Shown here: positions 25,666-35,272 of the stretch, piece by piece
How positions within the stretch are numbered: the stretch's first letter is position 1
Layout: every line of letters begins with the position of its first letter
Virus record (IMG/VR): IMGVR_UViG_3300042010_000129
Span: 160,001-224,000 of that record
Direction: 5' to 3' (one strand)
DNA: 64,000 nt
DNA from: a virus
Taxonomy: Duplodnaviria; Caudoviricetes
Program-made: the position numbers and the translations under genes
Notes under the pieces: model-generated
The model's database searches: none
Told to the model about the DNA's origin: nothing
Seen by the model: only the letters and a program-made list of their open reading frames with translations

Positions 25666-27684
25666 TTAGAATTTTACGTTCAGGATGCGATTGATTGCGC
25701 CCTTCACACGGACTTGCATTTCAGCACGATCATTGACCGAGAAGCCGAGGCCGCTCAGTTGGTCAGCGCTGGCAGGCACTTTCATTTGCGCGGAAACCGC
25801 TTCGAAAGCTTTGCGATGTTTGCTCAGTTCATCGCGCAGGTATTCGTTGTAGAAACCACGGGTGCCCTCTTCGTTTACGCAGCCCTTGAGCATAAAGAAA
25901 ACATGCTCATGGCCCACGGCCTGATCGTTCCAGAAATTCGGGGAACGGCAGATCAAATCAACCGGTGTCCATTCTTCGGTTTTGATGCCCCAGTTTTCAA
26001 CCGAGGAACCAGCACCACCGACCATGCCTTGGCCTTCGACGCTGATATTGCCAGCTGCATCGACGACGATGTAACCAGCGGTAACGCGGCGATCATTGCC
26101 CAGTTCTTTTGGATGCGAGAAGCTGTAGATTTTGCCCAGCACTTCCACTTCCACTTCGAAGCCGACGTTATTGGTAGTTCGCTGCGACCAGTTGTGAACC
26201 TGAATTTCGTAGCGGCCTTTTTTGATATCGCCTTTGTCAGTCCAGAAAATGTTTTCCACTGGATCGACGCTGTTCGCGGCGTGACCGGCGTTCATGTCCA
26301 CATCGAGCGTGGCATTGAAAACTTTACGGGTACGGAAGTCGCAACGATCCCGGCCATTGTTTACGCTTAGGTCGAGGTCGTCGCCGTTCTGCCACGAAAG
26401 CGAAACGCGAATATCGCCGTCGATTTTACCGCCTGCTTTTTTCACACGTTCGCGAATCGACGACGAAGTAACTTCACCAATGTACGACCACGAAAATGGG
26501 TTGTCCCATTTCAGCAGCGGTTTCGCGTCCGGATTAACCGGGGCGATCAGGGAAACGAAACTGGCGGTGTGTTCGTGCTTCACCAGCACTTCGAGGGTGT
26601 CGGCTTTCGGCAAAACTTTCTTGATGAAATCTTTGATCGAAATGTCTTCAACGTCGTTCAGAACCGGAACGTTTTTCTTGGTCGGTTTGATGCCACCGAA
26701 CGCGCCGCCCAGCAGTTGCTTTTTCACCGTGCCGTCAACGAACAGAACGTCGTTAACCGAAATGTCTTCACGGGTTGCGTAACGACGCGCCAGCGAATCA
26801 CCGAGGCCCAGTTTATCGACCAGCTTTTCAGCTTCGTCGATCATTTTCTGAGTGACCAAAGCTTTCGAACGTTTGTAGTTCGGGCCAGCGGTTTTGAATT
26901 CGAAAGCCTTCACGGCGTTTTCGAGTTCCATGCCTTGGGTGATATCCGACAGCAGCGTGCCCACAACGTCGTTGAGGATGCGGGTGTGCGGCGTCGAATT
27001 CTTCCACAGGAAAATTTCACGACCGCGTTCGGTTTTCAGCTTGGCGTAATCCGCTTTCAGTTTACGCAGCGCTACAACTTTCTTGCGCTTTTCGTCGCCT
27101 TTGTACAGCGAGTCGGTGTCGATCAGATCCATCACGATATCAATCGCGAAATCCGCGATTTCATTGATCGAACGTTCCAGCAGATTTTTGTCTACGCTGG
27201 ATTCACCGATGTAGTCAGTTGGGTTTTTATCCCAACGGAAAATCGCAGGCACCAGACCGTGGAAGTGGTGCCACACTTCGCCCGTTTCTTGGCTGGTGGT
27301 TTTCGCGCAACCGTATTGCGGCATTTCCGCAATGAAACGGTTTTTGATTTTCAGCGAACGCACCTTTGCAGCCATTGCGTCGGCCACCGCTTGATGCGTT
27401 GGATCTTCGACCTGCACATCCCACACGGTCAGCAGTTTACCTTTCTCGGCGTACACGACAGCACCGAGGTTGCGCACGAAATTGTGGCAGGTATTGCATT
27501 CGTATTCGCGACGTTCACGGAACATCGGGTTGGTGCCTTCAGGGAACGACGCAAGGTAATGCGCCCACAATTCGTCACCGTTGATATCAACGAGGAAAAC
27601 GCTGTTCTTTTTCCCTTCGTCTTTTTGCAGCATCGAATTGTAGTTTGCGGTTACAGCCTGACCGAATTTCGAAAAATCACTCAT
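25666..27684 (-). CDS. Large conserved phage protein with C-terminal YfaP/DUF2135-like domain
   Basis: 672 aa; N-terminal YLASFPEGTNP..RER.EYECNTC; C-terminal DIRVSLSW..DDLDL..LDVD.NAG..PVENI pattern. Confidence 0.65.
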   Translation of the reverse strand: MSDFSKFGQAVTANYNSMLQKDEGKKNSVFLVDINGDELWAHYLASFPEGTNPMFRERREYECNTCHNFVRNLGAVVYAEKGKLLTVWDVQVEDPTHQAVADAMAAKVRSLKIKNRFIAEMPQYGCAKTTSQETGEVWHHFHGLVPAIFRWDKNPTDYIGESSVDKNLLERSINEIADFAIDIVMDLIDTDSLYKGDEKRKKVVALRKLKADYAKLKTERGREIFLWKNSTPHTRILNDVVGTLLSDITQGMELENAVKAFEFKTAGPNYKRSKALVTQKMIDEAEKLVDKLGLGDSLARRYATREDISVNDVLFVDGTVKKQLLGGAFGGIKPTKKNVPVLNDVEDISIKDFIKKVLPKADTLEVLVKHEHTASFVSLIAPVNPDAKPLLKWDNPFSWSYIGEVTSSSIRERVKKAGGKIDGDIRVSLSWQNGDDLDLSVNNGRDRCDFRTRKVFNATLDVDMNAGHAANSVDPVENIFWTDKGDIKKGRYEIQVHNWSQRTTNNVGFEVEVEVLGKIYSFSHPKELGNDRRVTAGYIVVDAAGNISVEGQGMVGGAGSSVENWGIKTEEWTPVDLICRSPNFWNDQAVGHEHVFFMLKGCVNEEGTRGFYNEYLRDELSKHRKAFEAVSAQMKVPASADQLSGLGFSVNDRAEMQVRVKGAINRILNVKF

Positions 27685-27737
27685 GTACTTACACTTCCTT
27701 CATGTTGGTATATTTTTTGGGATCGCTTGGCACGCAA

Positions 27738-27983
27738 TTACATTTCGCGTTTGCTTTTGTCTTTGCGTAATTCGCCAACGAATCCGAGGTCTTTTTTACA
27801 GCCCAAACAAATGCCGTGACAGGCCCTGTTTTCGCGGTAGGCTTTGTGCGGGCACCGCCACTGCTTGATCTTGTCGAGGAACGCCAGCACGACGACTACG
27901 ACAATCAGCACCAGTAGGATGGTCATTCCCACCGCCATTTCTGCGAGCGTCTTGGAAATCCAAAACCAGAAATAGTCGAACAT
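27738..27983 (-). CDS. Membrane-anchored protein with Cys/His zinc-like motif
   Basis: TM followed by CPH...CHGICLGCK. Confidence 0.6.
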   Translation of the reverse strand: MFDYFWFWISKTLAEMAVGMTILLVLIVVVVVLAFLDKIKQWRCPHKAYRENRACHGICLGCKKDLGFVGELRKDKSKREM

Positions 27984-27984
27984 T

Positions 27985-28359
27985 TTAACTCCGCTTTTTG
28001 CCGATGAACGATTGTTCCTTGCGGAATGCCTCGCTCCAGATATCGGCGTGGTCGTTGTTGATATCGACGTAAGGATTATCTTTGCCGCCGAAACCTTCCT
28101 GAGCCATCATCTTGCCCATTTGCGCCGGGCTGTATTCTTCGAACTCATGTTCGCGAACATACAGGATGGAAATGCGGGCGCCGCCTTTGTCGATATTCAC
28201 TTCTTCCATGATCGGATCGGTCAGTTGGCGAAGTGAAGGGCCATACGACCAGACGCACATAGAGCCTTCGTAAACCGACTGCCATTCGTGTTTCTGATAC
28301 GCTTGGATTTTTACGGTTACATCGAAACGGCGTTTGCATTTTACGAATTTCAACGGCAT
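27985..28359 (-). CDS. Hypothetical protein
   Basis: Start re-set to MPLKF (TAATG overlap). Confidence 0.65.
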   Translation of the reverse strand: MPLKFVKCKRRFDVTVKIQAYQKHEWQSVYEGSMCVWSYGPSLRQLTDPIMEEVNIDKGGARISILYVREHEFEEYSPAQMGKMMAQEGFGGKDNPYVDINNDHADIWSEAFRKEQSFIGKKRS

Positions 28360-28571
28360 TACATATTCCTCATTTTTTCCATCAAAGCATCCCACACGTC
28401 ACGCGGGCGGTCATTGCGGGTGAACGGTACGCAACGGTCGGCGTCGAGGCCAAAGCTCGCTACGGTATCGGCTGGCACATCCTCAACAGCGTGAGTAATT
28501 GCCTCGGCCATGTTTACGCCGACTTTCGGTTCGTACCGATCATCGACGATTTCATAAGAACGATTTTCCAT
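28359..28571 (-). CDS. Small hypothetical protein
   Basis: 70-aa ORF. Confidence 0.6.
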   Translation of the reverse strand: MENRSYEIVDDRYEPKVGVNMAEAITHAVEDVPADTVASFGLDADRCVPFTRNDRPRDVWDALMEKMRNM

Positions 28572-28608
28572 TTTGTATTTCCTCGCCTTCCTCAGTGCAG
28601 CAATTCGC

Positions 28609-29289
28609 TCACGGATTCAGATGCAGTTGGTATTTCTCGACCATGTGAGCCAGACCCGGATGGGCACAGCCAATGGAACCTTTCATCATGTTGATCATTT
28701 GCCCAACGAACCACGCACGGGTTTCGTATTGCTTGTGAGGCTTTTTGCCGTCGCCTGCAATCGTGAATTCGTTTTCCTTGTACCCGGCAGCTTCAAGCAA
28801 CGGCAGAAGCTCTGCGCCGTAGTGCTTGATATTTACATTATCTGCCAACTCAATATATTCCTTCAGCAGAAGCATCAGGCGGCAGGCAACCCAGTCGTTC
28901 GGTTGAATGCCAGAACCGCCGTGAGTCGCTGCCCAGTCCGTCAGAATCTTTTTGATTTCTGCCACGTAACTGTTCATCTTTTCCTGATTGTCCAGCGTTT
29001 GCAAACGGCGGCTTTCTTCTGCCTGTTTGTATTCGTCGGATTGACGGTAAGCTTCGGCGTTATCATCCGAAACTTTTTTGTATACCAGATAAGCCAATTC
29101 AGGATCATCGGTATACACCAGATTCAGCGTGACGCCGTTGCACTTCAGCACGCCTTTGACTTGCTGCCCGGCGTCCTCTTTCTGCTTGAGGATTTTTAGC
29201 GCATCTTCGATGCTTTCGCGGATGGTGTACCCGCCAATGCCTTCGAAGTGGTAAACAGCACCTTCACGCTTTACGATTTCAACCGCCAT
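28609..29289 (-). CDS. Hypothetical protein
   Basis: 226-aa ORF. Confidence 0.75.
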   Translation of the reverse strand: MAVEIVKREGAVYHFEGIGGYTIRESIEDALKILKQKEDAGQQVKGVLKCNGVTLNLVYTDDPELAYLVYKKVSDDNAEAYRQSDEYKQAEESRRLQTLDNQEKMNSYVAEIKKILTDWAATHGGSGIQPNDWVACRLMLLLKEYIELADNVNIKHYGAELLPLLEAAGYKENEFTIAGDGKKPHKQYETRAWFVGQMINMMKGSIGCAHPGLAHMVEKYQLHLNP

Positions 29290-29537
29290 TATTTCGGTTC
29301 CTTCTGCAATGTGTTGTAGGCCTGATCGCGCAAATGTTCCAGCTGCGAAGCGACCAAAGATTCTTCACGATTGAGCAAATAATTCTGCCCGGTTTCTTGC
29401 ATGCGGCGGTGCGCTAATTCTCGCATCGCTTCCAGCACGCCGAGAGCGTAGGTGTAATCTGCACGGGCTTGCTTGTAGTCGATGAACGTTGTACACGAAT
29501 AACTTACGTTGACTGGGGTTTGATCGGGCGTTGACAT
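29289..29537 (-). CDS. Hypothetical protein
   Basis: Start re-set to MSTPD (GGAGG SD). Confidence 0.6.
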   Translation of the reverse strand: MSTPDQTPVNVSYSCTTFIDYKQARADYTYALGVLEAMRELAHRRMQETGQNYLLNREESLVASQLEHLRDQAYNTLQKEPK

Positions 29538-30049
29538 ACGTCTTCCTCCTGCGCCAGTTCCACGATTTCGATATTCTGCAACCAACCGAAACCAACCAGC
29601 CCGTGGTGGTGATGGAAAATTTTCAGTGCGAAATTCTGCACTTCGTCCGGTCGCAAATAAATGGGCAACCAGTGGCCCCACTCAACGCAAACGTCTTCTT
29701 TGCGTTCGCGTAGCCAGTCTTTGTATTCACAGTTATCGAGGTTCGGCTGCTGCCACGGATGCGCCACGATGAAATTGTGATACTTCACGTGCGGATCGGA
29801 TGGACTGAAACCGCCACCACTTTCGCAATTAATCAGCCACGCATATTCCCACCATACGCGGCTATCCTGCTTGAACTTTTTCCACGCAGGATCGAACACG
29901 GTCATGGCCGACAGGTAATCGTCCGCTTGCTGTGCCAGCATGACAACTTCGTCGAATTCCATGTGGCCGTAAACCTGACGCAGGTTGCGCAATTTCATTT
30001 CGCACAACCGAGTAACGAATCCGCTTTTCGGTTTCTGTTCTTCAGACAT
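29504..30049 (-). CDS. Hypothetical protein
   Basis: 181-aa ORF. Confidence 0.7.
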   Translation of the reverse strand: MSEEQKPKSGFVTRLCEMKLRNLRQVYGHMEFDEVVMLAQQADDYLSAMTVFDPAWKKFKQDSRVWWEYAWLINCESGGGFSPSDPHVKYHNFIVAHPWQQPNLDNCEYKDWLRERKEDVCVEWGHWLPIYLRPDEVQNFALKIFHHHHGLVGFGWLQNIEIVELAQEEDVCQRPIKPQST

Positions 30050-30935
30050 TTACAGATTCCTTGTGCAAGGCCCTTGCGAGAATATCCGGGTCATACGTCG
30101 AACCCGAATCAATGCATTTCACCCGGCACCCTTTGACCAGTTCGTAAGCCGCTTCGTTCACCAGCAAAACGTCACCGTGATTGAGGGCGATTGTGTGCAG
30201 CGATTCGCCGTTGATATCCAACACCGCGCTAGGCATATGCAGCAAGGCCCGTGAGAGCGCCGTAGAGGCCCAATCGCCATGCGACTTAACGTTGATTACC
30301 AGTGCATGCGAAAACCCTTTACGCCAGCCCACACGACGCGGATGCAACGCGGCTTCCAGCAACCGGCGACCGTTGGCGACTTCCACCAGCGGTTCAGCCT
30401 GCTTTGCACTAGGTTTGCGTTTACCCGGTTTCGATTCATCACCGATTTTGCAAACGTCGATGTAGTTCACGCGGAAAACCATCGTGTAACCGAGTTCCTG
30501 CATTTCCTCAACGCAGGCCTGATTAAACGCCGGGTTGTCGTTGGGCCAGATGGTTGCAACGTTCCGGAATTTCGCCGGGGAAAGGCGCAGCAACTTTTCG
30601 TTCGTTTCAACGTAAAGCTGTTCCAGCCGCTTGCAGATGTTTTCGATAATCGCGGGCCACTGATCCGGCTCCACATTCGTAACCGGCAACCGGGAAATAA
30701 AACAGGCATCGGCGCCGATTTGAATTTTGTAACCGCGTTCGCCCATCAGTTCACGCAGAGCGCGCTGATTAGGATTGGTCAGCGGAGTGAAGCCGTAGTC
30801 CGCTGCCAATGCGTTTACGGTGCGGCGTGGAATGCGCACCTTTGGATTATCTGAACCACCAACACGACCGATCAAATCGTCAGCGAATTTGTGGAACTGC
30901 TTACTGAATTCCACACGCGGTTTAGGATGCTGCAT
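30042..30935 (-). CDS. Hypothetical multi-domain protein
   Basis: Start re-set to MQHPK. Confidence 0.65.
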   Translation of the reverse strand: MQHPKPRVEFSKQFHKFADDLIGRVGGSDNPKVRIPRRTVNALAADYGFTPLTNPNQRALRELMGERGYKIQIGADACFISRLPVTNVEPDQWPAIIENICKRLEQLYVETNEKLLRLSPAKFRNVATIWPNDNPAFNQACVEEMQELGYTMVFRVNYIDVCKIGDESKPGKRKPSAKQAEPLVEVANGRRLLEAALHPRRVGWRKGFSHALVINVKSHGDWASTALSRALLHMPSAVLDINGESLHTIALNHGDVLLVNEAAYELVKGCRVKCIDSGSTYDPDILARALHKESVNV

Positions 30936-31266
30936 TTTGCTCTTCCTGTGCAGGCGACGGGGCGCCAATCATTTCCAGAATTTCGTTGATGTGATCGCTG
31001 GCCTTTTCTTTCAGACGCGGGCCGTAGATTTCCATGATTTCGTTGTGTCGCACAGTCACACGCTGCACCGATTCGTTTACGTTGGCAGCACTAGAGCCGG
31101 TTTGTTCTACGGCTTCCTTTTGAGTCAGGCCATTGACCAGAACCAGATACGCGCCCTTCGTGGATTTCACATCCAGACTGGTACGCATCCACTTCGCATG
31201 CAGCATGAATTCTGCTTCGGTCAGTGTTGGATATTCGTTCCGTGGTTTGCTTCCGCCGTAATACAT
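30922..31266 (-). CDS. KorA/TrfB-like HTH transcriptional repressor
   Basis: LTEAEF...GAYLVLVNGLTQKEAVEQTGSSAANVNESVQRV matches KorA pattern MTESQF...ARGVLVDGKPQ.....LGLTRGAVSQAVHRV. Confidence 0.7.
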   Translation of the reverse strand: MYYGGSKPRNEYPTLTEAEFMLHAKWMRTSLDVKSTKGAYLVLVNGLTQKEAVEQTGSSAANVNESVQRVTVRHNEIMEIYGPRLKEKASDHINEILEMIGAPSPAQEEQNAAS

Positions 31267-31583
31267 TAGCTCGACTTCCTCATTCTTGGTTTTCTATATT
31301 TCTTGCCAGCAGCCCGGCACAGAATTTTGTACAGCGTATCGCCTTCTTTCAGGAGGCCAGCAGCGTGCAGCACATCCTGACTATCCAGCAATGCTTTTTC
31401 GAAACGGTACACAGCTTTTTCACGCGCCTGTTCGTGACGCTTTTTAATTGTCCCCAACGTGTTTGCTGTTGAGTCCAAAACCGATTCTTTCACTGGGGTT
31501 CGGTACGTGCGTTCGTAGCTGTGCCCGCCCATGCCCAGCGAATTTGCAACACGCATCATCATGCCGCCAAATGATCCGCCCAT
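31266..31583 (-). CDS. Basic hypothetical protein
   Basis: TAATG-coupled. Confidence 0.65.
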   Translation of the reverse strand: MGGSFGGMMMRVANSLGMGGHSYERTYRTPVKESVLDSTANTLGTIKKRHEQAREKAVYRFEKALLDSQDVLHAAGLLKEGDTLYKILCRAAGKKYRKPRMRKSS

Positions 31584-32008
31584 TAAAGCATTTCCTCTTC
31601 AGGAATCAGCACCGGGCAAACTTCCGCATCGCCGTGCGTGCCGACCAATTTGATCGAAGGCCACAAACCAGAACTGTCCGGGTTGCGTTGACGGTGTGCG
31701 TTCAACCATTTCAACGCCGCGTGTTCCATGTGGTGCGTGTTGGTGCTGATAATTCCGACGCGACTGGATTTGTATCCGTCATCGGTCAGCGTGTAAATCC
31801 AGAAAATGCCAACGCACACAGCGCCGTCGTATTGGTTCTGCTGCCAACCCAAACCCGGATCAACGAACAACACTTCCTGCGCCGTGTAATCCTGCCGAAA
31901 ATAATGCAGGAAGTTTTCCAACGTTTCACCGCCGTTTTCGAAACCCTTGCGGATCATCAGGCGGTGATAGTCGTAGGTACGGCTAAACGAATCAATGACA
32001 GCTGGCAT
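31583..32008 (-). CDS. Hypothetical protein
   Basis: GAGGGG SD; first gene after hairpin element. Confidence 0.7.
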   Translation of the reverse strand: MPAVIDSFSRTYDYHRLMIRKGFENGGETLENFLHYFRQDYTAQEVLFVDPGLGWQQNQYDGAVCVGIFWIYTLTDDGYKSSRVGIISTNTHHMEHAALKWLNAHRQRNPDSSGLWPSIKLVGTHGDAEVCPVLIPEEEML

Positions 32009-32060
32009 AATCAGCCCCTCGTATTATTTACAGTATCTGAGTTCACTGCAAAGGGCACCA

Positions 32061-32084
32061 TTCTAGATGCCCTTCACCAGTTGA
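32061..32084 (-). promoter_or_regulatory. Conserved-loop hairpin element (copy 1 of 4)
   Basis: aagggca-ccattctaga-tgccctt; loop reads TAGAAT (-10-like) on the minus strand. Confidence 0.6.
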
Positions 32085-32477
32085 TCAGTAGGTGATTTCG
32101 TTGAGGTCTTTGCCTTCGAGTTCCCATTCGTTCACGCGGTCTTCACCGTACTCGCGAATCAGGTCTTGGCGTCGGCGCCCGTACAGAATTGTTTTGTATT
32201 CTTCGCGGGTCAGAATTAATTCCTGCCCCATTTCATCCAGCAGCTGGCCGACCGTGGAACCCCACGTGTAATTGCTGTTGGAATTCGTACCCGGCTCGCC
32301 CACATGACGGACGATGGATTCGCCAATCGCGTGAATCGACAGTTCGCCCAAAACTTCACGAATTTCGTAAACAGTATTCCGTTCGAAAAACGCGTGCCGT
32401 CGAAACGCAGCACCGATTATCAAACCGTCTGTGTCGTCGCAGCCTCGGAAAACAAATCGCCCTAGTGCATTGATCAT
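32085..32477 (-). CDS. Hypothetical protein
   Basis: Start re-set to MINAL (ATGA overlap). Confidence 0.7.
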   Translation of the reverse strand: MINALGRFVFRGCDDTDGLIIGAAFRRHAFFERNTVYEIREVLGELSIHAIGESIVRHVGEPGTNSNSNYTWGSTVGQLLDEMGQELILTREEYKTILYGRRRQDLIREYGEDRVNEWELEGKDLNEITY

Positions 32478-32749
32478 GTTGTCGCGGCCTCCGAATGAAA
32501 CCAGCGCTGGTGAATCCACGTAGCGCTAACAATTGAAAACGCAGCAGCCGTGCCGTTGATAAAGCAGTACCACCACGTCCCTTGCATAAAGATCGTGGCG
32601 TAGGTGCCAGCGGCCACAAATTCAAACGTGCCCTGCACATACGAAGTGGCGAACATGCTCCACCACTTGTTGTGCTGAATATTCTTGAACTGAAAACCTT
32701 TCAGGAAAATCGCGATGAACGTCACACAAAATGCTGTCACGTAAATCAT
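32474..32749 (-). CDS. Small multi-TM membrane protein
   Basis: About 3 hydrophobic segments. Confidence 0.7.
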   Translation of the reverse strand: MIYVTAFCVTFIAIFLKGFQFKNIQHNKWWSMFATSYVQGTFEFVAAGTYATIFMQGTWWYCFINGTAAAFSIVSATWIHQRWFHSEAATT

Positions 32750-32940
32750 GCGCGCTTTGCCTCTTTCCTGAATTTCTTCAAGTGGCGGCGGAAACGTTTC
32801 TCTACCTTGCGCGCCAGCAGATCGAGTTCGTCATATACCTGCACGTTGAGGATGATATCGCGACTACTGCTGATTACGTCGCGACGGCCCTGCAAAGCTT
32901 CCCCTCGAAAGCTCGACAAATTGCATTGGATAATATCCAT
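32746..32940 (-). CDS. Small basic-tailed protein
   Basis: GAGGAAGTGAAAG RBS. Confidence 0.65.
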   Translation of the reverse strand: MDIIQCNLSSFRGEALQGRRDVISSSRDIILNVQVYDELDLLARKVEKRFRRHLKKFRKEAKRA

Positions 32941-32962
32941 CTTTCACTTCCTCGACTTCCGT

Positions 32963-33151
32963 CTACTTTTGTTGCGGTGGTGCGTCGTCGAATTCCCAGT
33001 TTTTCAACAGCCATTCCAATTCGGGATCGTCGCGCTTGTAGCCCTGCGCTTCCATCAGTTCCAGAAAGCGCGCCTGATTGTAATTGCAGAGTTCGTAACA
33101 CGTGTCAGCTGCGATTTGCATTTCACGCTTCATCTTTCGGTGCCTCGACAA
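32963..33151 (-). CDS. Small hypothetical protein
   Basis: 62-aa ORF. Confidence 0.55.
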   Translation of the reverse strand: MSRHRKMKREMQIAADTCYELCNYNQARFLELMEAQGYKRDDPELEWLLKNWEFDDAPPQQK

Positions 33152-33800
33152 TCGTGAAGTCGTACCAGCCGCCCAAGTGTTTCATGGCGCCGTTTTTGTC
33201 TTCGTACATGTGAGGTTCTTCGATAATCGACAGGCCGGTCTGTTTACCGAATTCACCGAGGATATATTCGAACCATGCGCGCAATTTTGCAGCACGTGGC
33301 AAATCAGGTTCCGAGGTCTGGCCGAAATAACCTTCGCCCGTTTCCATCGTGTGCAGTTCCCGGCGAATCTCGCGCAGTTCGTGCGTAACGCGTGCCATCG
33401 AAACCGGCCCCGGTGCAGTGCCGCGCAGACTGCCGTTCGATTCATTCATCCAGTCCAGCACCGTGCGCCCTTCTACGCATTTGCTGCTGATTTCGAACAT
33501 GTGGTCGAGGCCACCAGACGTTTGCCCGCCCAACGCCGCGCAAGGGTATTGGTTGTGCCACACGCTGCCTTTCGAATCGGTAAGGATATAACCGTCGTAT
33601 GCAGGTTCCGCATCTTTGTCGTCGTATTCGCCCCGCACCATGTGATGCTCGGCAACAGTCAGTTCACGAAATTGCACAGCAGGAAAATCGCTCGGTTGCA
33701 TTTCTGCGAACTTGCGCAACTTCGTGTAGAACGGATACATGAAACCGTCTTCAATGTCGGCCCACAGTACCCAAATCTTTTCACCAATTTGATGGCGCAT
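33123..33800 (-). CDS. Hypothetical protein
   Basis: 225-aa ORF. Confidence 0.7.
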   Translation of the reverse strand: MRHQIGEKIWVLWADIEDGFMYPFYTKLRKFAEMQPSDFPAVQFRELTVAEHHMVRGEYDDKDAEPAYDGYILTDSKGSVWHNQYPCAALGGQTSGGLDHMFEISSKCVEGRTVLDWMNESNGSLRGTAPGPVSMARVTHELREIRRELHTMETGEGYFGQTSEPDLPRAAKLRAWFEYILGEFGKQTGLSIIEEPHMYEDKNGAMKHLGGWYDFTIVEAPKDEA

Positions 33801-34238
33801 TTAATTTTTCCTTTTGATGGTGAACGAGCGCGGCGCGTTCAGTTTGTCCCACTTACGTTTTTCGAAGTGCGTGAATTGTTTCGCTTCCATCCGGCGCAAA
33901 TAAGCGTCGGCTGCTTCACGTGTCAGAAACGTGCAGTGCATGTTGTAGGTGTTCTGGATAATGCCGCAATCACGCATCGACATTTGACCTTCAAACCCGC
34001 TGACTTTTCCGTCACGCACCGAACGATATGTGAACATCGGTACAGGGCCACCAGACAGCCCTACAACACGCGGCATGTCCTTAACCAGAACTTCAGCCAC
34101 GTATGCCTTTGCAACGTCTGGTGCAGGCGCATAGGCCACGTACAAACGAAAGCCCGGCAGAACGTTGTGAGGCAAAGCGCGCTGGCACATTTCGCTCACG
34201 TTGTCCGGGCGCTTGTGAAATCCGACGACGATTCCCAT
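33801..34238 (-). CDS. Hypothetical protein
   Basis: Abutting 145-aa ORF. Confidence 0.7.
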   Translation of the reverse strand: MGIVVGFHKRPDNVSEMCQRALPHNVLPGFRLYVAYAPAPDVAKAYVAEVLVKDMPRVVGLSGGPVPMFTYRSVRDGKVSGFEGQMSMRDCGIIQNTYNMHCTFLTREAADAYLRRMEAKQFTHFEKRKWDKLNAPRSFTIKRKN

Positions 34239-34948
34239 TACTGAATCCCCTGTTTGCCGTAGCGGGGATCACGTTCAATTTCAGCGGCGAACCACGCCAG
34301 CTTTTCGTCGAAACGATCAGCAATCTTTTTCACGCATTCCAGAAGGCGGGAATAATCGTCGCCGGTTGGCCGGGCCGATTGATCTTCAGCTTCGTTAAAT
34401 TCGAAACCGAGTTCGTGGTAAGAAAATGCCATGGCAAAATCGTTGCGGTAATGCACGTGCAAATTCGTGTCGAGTAAAATCACCTTCGTGACTTCCCACA
34501 ACGAATGCAGACGGAAAGTGTCACGTTCGGAAATCAGGTGGCCGTATGAGCCGCGTTGTTCGAACAAAATAACCTGCGCCATTCGTGCAAACATTTGCGA
34601 GTCTGCACGCTCTTCAGGAAAGCGACCGGGCCACACAATGCGATAGCAACGGATTATCTGTTCACCACGGTCGATGGCTTCCACGATGCTCCCTACGTCG
34701 CGCTGCGTGTGTTCATCCTCATAATTGCGGGCGAACAGATCGAGGAATGTTTTCAATTCTTCGGCGGTGCCTTCGATGAACGCAGAACCGAACAGCTGGC
34801 CGTGCGGGTAGCCGGTGAAATTCGGCGCTTTAAGCAGCAGGTTCTTTTTAATGTCGTACATGTGCGCGATGTTCGAACTTAACCAGCTGACAACTTCGCC
34901 GTCTTTCTTGTAGCCACCACACGAAAGATCCACAATTATTTTAGGCAT
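34238..34948 (-). CDS. Hypothetical protein
   Basis: 236-aa ORF. Confidence 0.7.
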   Translation of the reverse strand: MPKIIVDLSCGGYKKDGEVVSWLSSNIAHMYDIKKNLLLKAPNFTGYPHGQLFGSAFIEGTAEELKTFLDLFARNYEDEHTQRDVGSIVEAIDRGEQIIRCYRIVWPGRFPEERADSQMFARMAQVILFEQRGSYGHLISERDTFRLHSLWEVTKVILLDTNLHVHYRNDFAMAFSYHELGFEFNEAEDQSARPTGDDYSRLLECVKKIADRFDEKLAWFAAEIERDPRYGKQGIQ

Positions 34949-35267
34949 CGCCCTGTTCCCATTCGAGGACTTCGGTTCCTGAAATGCCGCTGCGTGTCAG
35001 CGAATCAATCAGGATCATTACCAGCAAACCAGCTTGATGCAATTGCACCTTTTCCGACAACTGATCGCGATGTTCGAAATCACGAATGATGCGGATGTGA
35101 ATATCGCCCAACTGATCGACGCATTTATTCAGCGTCAGGTAAATCGGCCTTTCATCAACCGGGAACATCAGCGGGTGATTGGCCGGTGCGAATTTCTGCA
35201 CCAGCGAAAATTGCTCGGCAGTCCACGAACCAATATCGTGACCGACTTTTGCACATGACAGCATCAT
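34941..35267 (-). CDS. Hypothetical protein
   Basis: 108-aa ORF. Confidence 0.6.
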   Translation of the reverse strand: MMLSCAKVGHDIGSWTAEQFSLVQKFAPANHPLMFPVDERPIYLTLNKCVDQLGDIHIRIIRDFEHRDQLSEKVQLHQAGLLVMILIDSLTRSGISGTEVLEWEQGDA

Positions 35268-35272
35268 TTTGT

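Noticed and set aside
26569-27819. 416-aa plus-strand ORF (also 33102-34244)
   Set aside because: Antisense to coherent minus-strand genes.
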